A DNA stretch of 64,000 nucleotides, from NCBI GenBank assembly GCA_963665665.1, contig OY762428.1, forward strand, positions 1,664,001 through 1,728,000, given 5' to 3'. Each line of letters opens with the position of its first letter. Position 1 is the first letter of the stretch. The notes below the pieces were generated by a model. That model ran no database searches. It saw only the letters and a list, made by a program, of their open reading frames with translations, and was not told the DNA's origin. This document shows positions 28,138-36,959 of this stretch, piece after piece. The stretch is from Candidatus Kapaibacterium sp. Lineage in GTDB: Bacteria; Bacteroidota; Ignavibacteria; Kapaibacteriales; UBA2268. The translations under genes were made by a program, and so were the position numbers.

Positions 28138-30312
28138 TCACTCCTTCACAAACATGCCTGAAATAATATCATTGCCAGTTTCGATTCTGATGTAGTAAAT
28201 GCCTGCCGGAAAATCACGGAGAGGAATGCTTGTATTGTGTTCCATTACAGCGGAAAAAGTGGTGTTAATGTAAACTTTTGCGCCGAGCTGGTTATATACG
28301 CTGATATTTGCAGGGGCTATGGCTGATATTTTGAATTTCAGGTCAATGTAATCACTTGCGGGGCAGGGAGATATATTGATTCCTCCATGTTCGATTGCTT
28401 TAGATTCGTTTTCAACTGATACATATTGATCATTACTGCGGTAAAGGCCACGATTTTCTAATGCCAGAAAGTAGTATCCATCAGGACTAACAGTCATAAA
28501 ATTGAAAGGATAGGGATCATGTAATAGACCAGTAGAAATGTCTTCCCATTCATAATTATTTCCATATTCAATTGTTCGGCGAAATTTTTCATAACCTAAA
28601 CTCCAACCGAGAAGCTTACAGGTTGAATCAATTGCAAGTATGCTATGTTTTAGTTTTCCAACTTCACTGAACCAGGTTCTGCCATTATCAGTAGTTTGAA
28701 ATACTGAACTCGCATAACCGTTGGAATATTTATCAAAAATAATTTTTCTAATTTCTCCGCTTCCTGTACCAGGTTCACCTTCAAAAAGTTCATATTCCCC
28801 GACAACTTCCTCCCAAGTGTCGCCATCGTTGGTGGAACGGTATATCTGCCCGTGTTCGCTGCCGCGGAAAATATGTCCCTCCGAGTTCATTCCATAAGAA
28901 TAATTACCGCCGCTGATCCAGTTATCAGTCCAGGTTTTGCCTCTGTCTGTTGATTTTACAAGTGAATTTGTAAAGTCATGCCCGATATAGATATGGCCGC
29001 GATTGTTCTCAAAGAAATTATTTGGGTCAACGTTATAAGTTTCGGGTCTGGGTAAATAATCCCAGGACTGGCCGTAGTCTGTTGATCTTGCTATCCAGCT
29101 AACGCCACTATTATTGAAATAGATGGTAAGTATAATATCATCTTTGGATATGAAAATTGGAGCCAGGCTATAGATTGGATCCGTTTGTAAATCATTCCAT
29201 GTTTCGCCATCATCTGATGATTTAAATACTGAATGTAAAGCTACAGCATATATATCGCCTCTGCTGTCAAAATTAATTGCATTAACATTCGAGGCAACAA
29301 AACCTTTATTCGAACTGATCCAGTTTGCTCCTCCGTCAGTGGAATAGTAGAAACCGCGATAATTCCCCGCGTACATTTCACCATTTTCGCCTGCTATCAT
29401 TTTATCAAAATAGCAGTCCTTTCCTTCTTCTGTTATTCTCTGCCATGTTCTTCCGCTGTCAACAGATTTGTAAACCGAATTATATTCCCCCTCACTGCCA
29501 TTGGCAAAAAGTTCGTCTTTGGAGTTGCGACACAGGTATTTTGAAAACCCATTAACAGTTGTGGAATTCCATGTTTCCCCTCTGTCATTTGAAAAAAGAA
29601 TTCCCCTGTTTGTTGTAATGACAATTTTTTTATAACTAATGAATTGTAAATCCAATATACTTTTAGGAGCTTCAATATACTCCCATGATTTTCCGGAATC
29701 GGGACTTATCAAAATAAAACCTTCATAAGATTTATTAATATAACCAATAATCACGAAATTATGATTTTCTTCAATGTTATAGTCCCACGAAATAAAATCT
29801 TTTTCATATGGATTTTGCCAGTTGCCAAGCTGTTTGTAGCTGCCATCCTTTTCAAAGGAATAAACCACAATCGAATCTTTGATTTTTTTCCTTACACCAA
29901 AAATATTACCATTAATATCCATTTTTAAGGTTGGATCATTTTCTGTTATTGAATAAAAATAATCCTCCATTTCAATATCAGTCCAGTTATCACCATTATC
30001 ATTTGAATATCTGAAATAAATAACGGTTTCTTTTATTTCGTCATTTCGGTCATAATAGTATGAATACAGGGAATCGTTTTGAGTGCCCATAATCGAACCA
30101 ATAATATCCATATTATAAAGTGATTTCCAACTCCTGCCAAAATTATCAGATCGAAAGTAGCCGTTATAAGTACTGATAAATATCTTTTCGTTATGGATAG
30201 ACATATCCCAAATCATCCCTCCCTCAGGACTCCAGAGATATTTCCAGAAATCACCGGCATGAAGGTTGAAGGGAACAATAATTAATATGGCAATCAGTAA
30301 CAGCTTTTTCAT
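28138..30312 (-). CDS. T9SS-secreted BNR/VPS10-like beta-propeller protein, paralog A
   Basis: Signal peptide MKKLLLIAIL after RBS AAGGA, many SxDxGxTW Asp-boxes and CTD ISPCPASD...GIYYIRI...FVKE. Confidence 0.85.
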   Translation of the reverse strand: MKKLLLIAILIIVPFNLHAGDFWKYLWSPEGGMIWDMSIHNEKIFISTYNGYFRSDNFGRSWKSLYNMDIIGSIMGTQNDSLYSYYYDRNDEIKETVIYFRYSNDNGDNWTDIEMEDYFYSITENDPTLKMDINGNIFGVRKKIKDSIVVYSFEKDGSYKQLGNWQNPYEKDFISWDYNIEENHNFVIIGYINKSYEGFILISPDSGKSWEYIEAPKSILDLQFISYKKIVITTNRGILFSNDRGETWNSTTVNGFSKYLCRNSKDELFANGSEGEYNSVYKSVDSGRTWQRITEEGKDCYFDKMIAGENGEMYAGNYRGFYYSTDGGANWISSNKGFVASNVNAINFDSRGDIYAVALHSVFKSSDDGETWNDLQTDPIYSLAPIFISKDDIILTIYFNNSGVSWIARSTDYGQSWDYLPRPETYNVDPNNFFENNRGHIYIGHDFTNSLVKSTDRGKTWTDNWISGGNYSYGMNSEGHIFRGSEHGQIYRSTNDGDTWEEVVGEYELFEGEPGTGSGEIRKIIFDKYSNGYASSVFQTTDNGRTWFSEVGKLKHSILAIDSTCKLLGWSLGYEKFRRTIEYGNNYEWEDISTGLLHDPYPFNFMTVSPDGYYFLALENRGLYRSNDQYVSVENESKAIEHGGINISPCPASDYIDLKFKISAIAPANISVYNQLGAKVYINTTFSAVMEHNTSIPLRDFPAGIYYIRIETGNDIISGMFVKE

Positions 30313-30338
30313 GGTTCTTATCCTTTTGATATTATTAC

Positions 30339-32483
30339 TCACTCCTTCACAAACATGCCTGATATAATATCATTGCCAGTTTCGATTCTGATGTAGTATA
30401 TGCCTGACGGGAAGCCGCGGAGGGGAATGCTGGTGTTATGCCCCGTGTCGGAGGAAAAAGTGGTATTTGTGTAAACTTTTGCGCCGAGCTGGTTATATAC
30501 GCTGATATTTGCAGGGGCTATGGCTGATATTTTGAATTTCAGGTCAATGTAATCACTCGCGGGGCAGGGAGAGAGCGATATTCCACCTGCTTCTATCTCA
30601 TCTTTTTCATTTTCAACTGATACATATTGATCGTTGCTGCGGTAAAGGCCGGAATTATCAGCTGCAAGGAAAATATATCCATTGGGAGCAACAGCCATAC
30701 AACTGTAACTATTATGGGTAAAGCCGCTTGAAATATCCTGCCAGTCGCTCCCGGCTGACGTCATTGTTCTATATGCTTTGTAATGCATCCACGAGAGAAG
30801 ACTGCCGGTTGAATCAATGGCACGAACTGGGCGGTACTTTTTATCTTCATCAACAAACCAGGTTCTTCCATTATCGGTTGTGGTTATTCCATAGTTCGAA
30901 AACCCATTCGAGTACTTGTCAAAATAGATACTCACTATTTCTCCTCCCATCCCTTCAAAAAGTTCATATTCCCCTACAACTTCCTCCCAAGTGTCGCCAT
31001 CGTCGGTGGAACGGTATATCTGCCCGTGAATACTGCCACGGAAAATATGGCCCTCCGAGTTCATTCCATAAGAATAATTACCGCCGCTGATCCAGTTATC
31101 AGTCCAGGTTATGCCTTTATCAGTTGATTTTACGAGCGAATTTGTGAAGTCATGACCGATAAAAATATGGCCGCGATTGTTTTCGAAATAATTTTTGGCA
31201 ACAACGTTATAAGTTTCGGGTTTGGGTAAATAATCCCAGGACTGGCCGTAGTCTGTTGATCTTGCTATCCAACTAACGCCACTATTATTGAAATAGATGG
31301 TAAGTATAATATCATCTTTGGATATGAAAATTGGAGCCAGGCTATAGATTGGATCCGTTTGTAAATCATTCCATGTTTCGCCATCATCTGATGATTTAAA
31401 TACTGAATGTAAAGCTACAGTATATATATCGCCTCTGCTATCAAAATTAATTGCATTAACATTCGAGGCAACAAAACCTTTATTCGAACTGATCCAGTTT
31501 GCTCCTCCGTCTGTTGAATAGTAGAAACCACGGGAATTTCCGGCATACATTTCGCCATTTTCACCAGCAATCATTTTATCAAAATAGCAGTCCTTTCCTT
31601 CCTCTGTTATTCTCTGCCATGTCCTTCCGCTATCAACAGATTTGTAAACAGAATTGTAATCGCCGTCACTACCGTTGGCAAATAATTCGTCTTTGGAGTT
31701 TCTACACAGGTATTTTGAAAACCCATTAACAGTTGTGGAATTCCATGTTTTCCCTCTGTCATTTGAATTATAAATTCCTCCACCTCCTGTTGCAATAACT
31801 AAATTTGAATCACTGAAAAATTGAATTTGAAGAACACCTTTGGAAGTTTCAATATATCTCCATGATCTTCCTGAATCTGGACTCAAAAAGATAAAACCCT
31901 CATAAGATTTCTTTATATAACCATATACAACCCATTCTCCTTTATCATTAAAACAATGACCCCATTTAAAATATTCTTTTGAGGAGGCCAATGGAAAGCT
32001 ATTTATTCTGACAATTTTCTTATAATCCGGAGCCGAATAACTAACAATTGAATCCGGCCAAACAATAACACCAAACATATTTCCATTTTTATCCATTGTT
32101 AAGTTAGGATAGGGATCAGTAATCTTATACTTCTCGTCATATAAGTGTATATCCCATGTATCACCTTTGTTAGTGGATTTCAAAAAAGCCAAAATATCCC
32201 AACTCAATTCTTCATCATGATAAAATGTAGTAGTCCAAAAACAACCGTCTGGATTTATCATTATATTCCCAATTTCACGAAATTCATACAATGATTTCCA
32301 TGATCTACCGTTGTCGCTTGAACGAAACAATCCATTATTAGAATTTATAAATATATTACCATTGTACTCGAAAAGATGATTAATAGATCCTCCTTCCGGC
32401 CCCCAGAGGTATTTCCAGAAGTCCCCGGCAAAGAGATTGAATGGGATGATAATCAATATGGCAATTAGCAACAGCTTTTTCAT
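30339..32483 (-). CDS. T9SS-secreted BNR/VPS10-like beta-propeller protein, paralog B
   Basis: Same architecture, with long identical blocks shared with A and C. Confidence 0.85.
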   Translation of the reverse strand: MKKLLLIAILIIIPFNLFAGDFWKYLWGPEGGSINHLFEYNGNIFINSNNGLFRSSDNGRSWKSLYEFREIGNIMINPDGCFWTTTFYHDEELSWDILAFLKSTNKGDTWDIHLYDEKYKITDPYPNLTMDKNGNMFGVIVWPDSIVSYSAPDYKKIVRINSFPLASSKEYFKWGHCFNDKGEWVVYGYIKKSYEGFIFLSPDSGRSWRYIETSKGVLQIQFFSDSNLVIATGGGGIYNSNDRGKTWNSTTVNGFSKYLCRNSKDELFANGSDGDYNSVYKSVDSGRTWQRITEEGKDCYFDKMIAGENGEMYAGNSRGFYYSTDGGANWISSNKGFVASNVNAINFDSRGDIYTVALHSVFKSSDDGETWNDLQTDPIYSLAPIFISKDDIILTIYFNNSGVSWIARSTDYGQSWDYLPKPETYNVVAKNYFENNRGHIFIGHDFTNSLVKSTDKGITWTDNWISGGNYSYGMNSEGHIFRGSIHGQIYRSTDDGDTWEEVVGEYELFEGMGGEIVSIYFDKYSNGFSNYGITTTDNGRTWFVDEDKKYRPVRAIDSTGSLLSWMHYKAYRTMTSAGSDWQDISSGFTHNSYSCMAVAPNGYIFLAADNSGLYRSNDQYVSVENEKDEIEAGGISLSPCPASDYIDLKFKISAIAPANISVYNQLGAKVYTNTTFSSDTGHNTSIPLRGFPSGIYYIRIETGNDIISGMFVKE

Positions 32484-32504
32484 GGTTCTTATCCTTTTGA
32501 TATT

Positions 32505-32539
32505 ATTACTCATCCGATCACTTGAAGTGACCGGATGAA
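32505..32539. repeat. REP-like palindrome in the leader of paralog B
   Basis: ATTACTCATCCGATCAC-ttgaa-GTGACCGGATGAA. Confidence 0.7.
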
Positions 32540-32639
32540 TTGTGTTAATCATATACTATAATAACAAATTATTTTTAATTTGGTTTCAGAAGATACGCCA
32601 CCTATAAGCAAAAGTCAGACCTGGGAAGAGTACGCGCCC

Positions 32640-34787
32640 TCACTCCTTCACAAATATGCCTGAAAGAAGATCATTGCCCGATTCGATTCTGATGTAGTAT
32701 ATGCCTGCCGGAAAATCACGGAGAGGAATACTGGTGTTTTGCCCCGTGCCGGAGGAATATGTGGTATTGCTGTAAACCTTTGAGCCGAGCTGGTTATATA
32801 CTCTGATACGGGCTGGCGATATGGTTGATGTTCTAAATTTCAGGTCAATATAATCAGTGGCGGGGCAGGGAGATATATTGATTCCTCCATGTTCGATTGC
32901 TTTAGATTCATTTTCAACTGATACATATTGATCGTTGCTGCGGTAAAGGCCGGAATTATCAGCTGCAAGGAAAATATATCCATTGGGAGCAACAGCCATA
33001 CAACTGTAACTATTATGGGTAAAGCCGCTTGAAATATCCTGCCAGTCGCTCCCGGCTGACGTCATTGTTCTATATGCTTTGTAATGCATCCACGAGAGAA
33101 GACTGCCGGTTGAATCAATGGCACGAACTGGGCGGTACTTTTTATCTTCATCAACAAACCACGTTCTTCCATTATCGGTTGTGGTTATTCCATAGTTCGA
33201 AAACCCATTCGAGTACTTGTCAAAATAGATACTCACTATTTCTCCTCCCATCCCTTCAAAAAGTTCATATTCCCCGACAACTTCCTCCCAAGTGTCGCCA
33301 TCGTCGGTGGAACGGTATATCTGCCCGTGAATACTGCCACGGAAAATATGGCCCTCCGAGTTCATTCCATAAGAATAATTACCGCCGCTGATCCAGTTAT
33401 CAGTCCAGGTTATGCCTTTATCAGTTGATTTTACGAGCGAATTTGTGAAGTCATGACCGATAAAAATATGGCCGCGATTGTTTTCGAAATAATTTTTGGC
33501 AACAACGTTATAAGTTTCGGGTTTGGGTAAATAATCCCAGGACTGGCCGTAATCGCTTGATCTTGCTATCCAACAAACACTACTGCCATTAACATAACTG
33601 GTAAGTATAATATCATCTCTGGTTATAAAAATTGGCTCCAAACTATAGATTGGATCCGTTTGTAAATCAGTCCATGACTCGCCGTTATCTGATGATTTAA
33701 ATACTGTACCTGATGCCATTGCATAAATTGCCCCCTTACTGTCAAAACTTATCGATTGTACATCCGAGGCAACAAAACCTTTATTCGAAATGATCCAGTT
33801 TACTCCTCCGTCAGTGGAATAGTAGAAACCGCGAGAATTTCCGGCATACATTTCACCATTTTCGCCTGCTATCATCTTATCAAAATAGCAGCCCCTTCCT
33901 TCTTCGGTAATTCTCTGCCATGTTCTCCCGCTGTCAACAGATTTGTAAACCGAATTGTAATCGCCGTCACTGCCATTGGCAAATAGTTCGTCTTTGGAGT
34001 TGCGACACAGGTATTTTGAAAACCCATTAACAGTTGTGGAATTCCATGTTTCCCCTCTGTCATTTGAAAAAAGAATTCCCCTGTTTGTTGTAATGACAAT
34101 TTTTTTATAACTAATGAATTGTAAATCCAATATACTTTTAGGAGCTTCAATATACTCCCATGATTTTCCGGAATCGGGACTTATCAAAATAAAACCTTCA
34201 TAAGATTTATTAATATAACCAATAATCACGAAATTATGATTTTCTTCAATGTTATAGTCCCACGAAATAAAATCTTTTTCATATGGATTTTGCCAGTTTG
34301 ATAGCAGTTTGTAACTGCCATCCTTTTCAAAAGAATAAACAACAATCGAATCTTTGATTTTTTTCCTTACACCAAAAATATTACCATTAATATCCATTTT
34401 TAAGGTTGGATCATTTTCTTGTATTGAATAAAAATAATCCTCCATTTCAATATCAGTCCAGTTATCGCCATTATCATTAGAATATCTGAAATAAATAACG
34501 GTTTTTTTTATTTCGTCATTTCGGTCATAATAGTATGAATACAGGGAATCGTTTTGAGCGCCCATGATCGAACCAATAATATCCATATTATAAAGTGATT
34601 TCCAACTCCTTCCAGAATCATCAGATCGAAAGTAACCGTTATAAGTACCGATAAATATCTTTTCGTTCTGGATAGACATATCCCAAATCCCACCTCCTTC
34701 CGGCCCCCAGAGGTATTTCCAGAAATCACCGGCATGAAGGTTGAAAGGAACAATAATTAATATGGCAATCAGCAACAGCTTTTTCAT
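32640..34787 (-). CDS. T9SS-secreted BNR/VPS10-like beta-propeller protein, paralog C
   Basis: Same architecture; N-terminal half near-identical to A and C-terminal propeller near-identical to B. Confidence 0.85.
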   Translation of the reverse strand: MKKLLLIAILIIVPFNLHAGDFWKYLWGPEGGGIWDMSIQNEKIFIGTYNGYFRSDDSGRSWKSLYNMDIIGSIMGAQNDSLYSYYYDRNDEIKKTVIYFRYSNDNGDNWTDIEMEDYFYSIQENDPTLKMDINGNIFGVRKKIKDSIVVYSFEKDGSYKLLSNWQNPYEKDFISWDYNIEENHNFVIIGYINKSYEGFILISPDSGKSWEYIEAPKSILDLQFISYKKIVITTNRGILFSNDRGETWNSTTVNGFSKYLCRNSKDELFANGSDGDYNSVYKSVDSGRTWQRITEEGRGCYFDKMIAGENGEMYAGNSRGFYYSTDGGVNWIISNKGFVASDVQSISFDSKGAIYAMASGTVFKSSDNGESWTDLQTDPIYSLEPIFITRDDIILTSYVNGSSVCWIARSSDYGQSWDYLPKPETYNVVAKNYFENNRGHIFIGHDFTNSLVKSTDKGITWTDNWISGGNYSYGMNSEGHIFRGSIHGQIYRSTDDGDTWEEVVGEYELFEGMGGEIVSIYFDKYSNGFSNYGITTTDNGRTWFVDEDKKYRPVRAIDSTGSLLSWMHYKAYRTMTSAGSDWQDISSGFTHNSYSCMAVAPNGYIFLAADNSGLYRSNDQYVSVENESKAIEHGGINISPCPATDYIDLKFRTSTISPARIRVYNQLGSKVYSNTTYSSGTGQNTSIPLRDFPAGIYYIRIESGNDLLSGIFVKE

Positions 34788-34808
34788 GGTTCTTATCCTT
34801 TTGATATT

Positions 34809-34844
34809 ATTACTCATCCGATCACTTGAAGTGACCGGATGAGT
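34809..34844. repeat. REP-like palindrome in the leader of paralog C
   Basis: ATTACTCATCCGATCAC-ttgaa-GTGACCGGATGAGT, matching the copy at 32505. Confidence 0.7.
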
Positions 34845-34984
34845 TCATTGTAACATATACAATAATAACAAATTATTTCAATATTTGTTCCTAATTATCA
34901 GATCATTAATCAGCTTTAATGATCTTCCTGCTTATCGTCCGGCCTTCCACCGTCATCCCCCTGTTTATCGGAATGAAGGATAGC

Positions 34985-35118
34985 GGCGTAGCCGCGACAT
35001 TTTTGTAGAAAGACGAATCCGGAAAGGACAACAGCCCCGTAGGGGCGACATTTACATTTCAGATGTCGCTCCTACGGAGCTTTTTCCCTCCTTTCGAAGG
35101 AGGGGGCCGGGGTGAGGT
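34985..35118. repeat. Cluster of REP-like palindromes left of array A
   Basis: AGCCCCGTAGGGGCGACAT...ATGTCGCTCCTACGGAGCT (inverted pair) and CCCTCCTT-tcg-AAGGAGGG. Confidence 0.7.
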
Positions 35119-35125
35119 AGGAAGT

Positions 35126-35941
35126 GTCGAAAGCAATGTACCAATGGTCGACACTATTGCAGCAATGTTTTGCTTTATTGATGCCTTGGTCTACGCTATT
35201 GCACTGATGTTTGGTGATAATGATGCCTTGGTCGGAGTCATTGCCGCCCTGTTTTACTGCAAAGCCCTCTCCTTCGGGGAGGGTTTGGGAGGGGTCAGAG
35301 GTATTGAGGTCTTGTTTGCACCTATTGCAGCAATGTTCAGAAGCAGTGAACCAATGTTTTGCTTTATTGATGCCTTGGTCGAAGTCATTGCTGCCTTGGT
35401 TGGAGTCATTGCTGCCTTGGTTGGAGTCATTGCTGCCTTGGTTGGAGTCATTGATGCCTTGGTCTACGCTATTGCACTGATGTTTGGTGATAATGATGCC
35501 TTGGTCGAAGGCATTGCCGCCTTGGTCGAAGTCATTGATGCCTTGGTCGAAGTCAATGATACCTTGGTCGGAGTCATTGCAGCCTTGTTCGGAGTCATTG
35601 ATGCCTTGGTCGAAGTCATTGCTGCCTTGGTTGGAGTCATTGATGCCTTGGTCGAAGTCATTGATGCCTTGGTCGGAGTTATTGCAGCCTTGGTCGGAGT
35701 CATTGCAGCCTTGTTCGGAGTCATTGACGCCTTGGTTGAAGTTATTGATGCCTTTGTCGAAGTTATTGATGCCTTTGTCGGAGTCATTGATGCCTTGGTC
35801 GGAGTTATTGTTGCCTTGTTCGGAGTTATTGCTGCCTTGTTCGGAGTTATTGATTCCTTGGTTAGAGGCAAAGTACTGATGTATGAAGTCATTTACGGCT
35901 TGGTCGGAGATATTGATTGCTTGTGTAGCGTTGAAATCCGG
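35126..35941 (-). repeat. 21-bp tandem repeat array A (~38 unit positions), consensus on + TTGATGCCTTGGTCGGAGTCA
   Basis: Unit starts fall exactly every 21 bp from 35136 to 35913 (checked by hand). A 57-bp block at 35178 recurs at 35451. Confidence 0.95.
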
Positions 35942-36440
35942 AATATTTAACTAATTGTATTATTTATTAAAATTGAATTATTAAATATATGCTCAAAATC
36001 AGTAAATATTTAAGTGTTTGTAGTAAATATATTTATCAGATTATTAAATAATCATATTGATTTATAATATTAATAATATAACTAATCAAATAAATAAATC
36101 AAACAAGTCATTAATCATTATTTCTTATAAATTATCTTTCTTCTTTTATAAAATATTTTATGTATCCAAGGATATATTGAATTGTCCTAACAAATTAGAT
36201 ATACTGATTAATTAATAGTTTAATACTGATATTTAATAGTTTATAAAATTAATTAAATAAAACATACCATTTATTTAATAATATGTATAATTTATTTAGT
36301 TATTCATATAAAAAGTTTAGTTAGATGAACTATATCAAGGCTTGGATATATTATATAATTTATTATAAATACTATATATTTAATATAAATAGTATAATAT
36401 TTAATATTTTGGATTAAATATTTGATTATCAGTTCTATCT
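35942..36440. other. Extremely AT-rich core between the two arrays
   Basis: Hand count gives 66 G/C in 480 bp (35941-36420), about 14% GC. No ORF; a ~22-bp near-duplication TACTGAT..TTAATAGTTTA at ~36202/36224. Confidence 0.9.
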
Positions 36441-36465
36441 ATAGACTATTCTCATCTCTACCTTC

Positions 36466-36935
36466 GGGATTTCAATGCCAAACAAGCAATCAATGAGGCG
36501 GAACAAGCCGTCATTGAAGCCAAACAAACATGCAATAAGGCCAAACAAGACATCAGTAATGTGGAACAAGTGAGCAATGAGGCAAAACATCCAAGCAATG
36601 AAGCGGAACAAGACTTCAATAAGGCGAAACGAGTAAGCATTGAGGCGGAACAAGCATGCAATGAAGCAGAACAAGACATCAGTAATGTGGAACAAGTGAG
36701 CAATGAAGCCAAACAAGACATCAGTAAGGCCAAATTTCACTACATTAAGGCCAAAGAATGCTTCAATACCTCCGGCCAAGGCAGTTTAAAGCCCCGACAA
36801 CAAATCAATTAGCCCAAACATCAGGGTTTTGAATAAAAACAGCATTGAATTAAGGAAATTATCCGATTCATTGAAACCACAGAATAGGGAATTAAGGCCG
36901 GTACTTGGTTCATTGGAGTGGAAAAACGGGTAAAC
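36466..36935 (+). repeat. 21-bp tandem repeat array B (~22 unit positions), consensus CAATGAGGCGGAACAAGxxAx, oriented opposite to array A
   Basis: CAAT/CATT/CAGT unit starts every 21 bp from 36491 to 36911, degenerating distally. A 37-bp block at 36544 recurs at 36670 (6 units later). Confidence 0.9.
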
Positions 36936-36959
36936 TGAGCAAAAGAATGAGGTGTTATG

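Noticed and set aside
28138-34787. Diversity-generating retroelement acting on the paralogs
   Set aside because: No reverse transcriptase is in the window, and the differences are block-wise with indels rather than adenine-specific substitutions in a short C-terminal variable repeat.
35063-35950. 295-aa membrane protein (DALVEVI)n and overlapping MPWSESL/MTPTKAA ORFs as real genes
   Set aside because: The start codon lies inside a REP palindrome and several frames are open simply because of the repeat; there is no independent sign of coding.
35942-36440. Chromosomal oriC
   Set aside because: I found no TTATCCACA-type DnaA boxes and no dnaA/dnaN/gidA or rep gene nearby. An iteron-like role remains only a hypothesis.
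35126-36935. CRISPR array (AT-rich leader plus repeats) or other guide-RNA array
   Set aside because: Units are contiguous degenerate 21-mers without unique spacers between identical repeats, and no cas or other effector gene is in the window.
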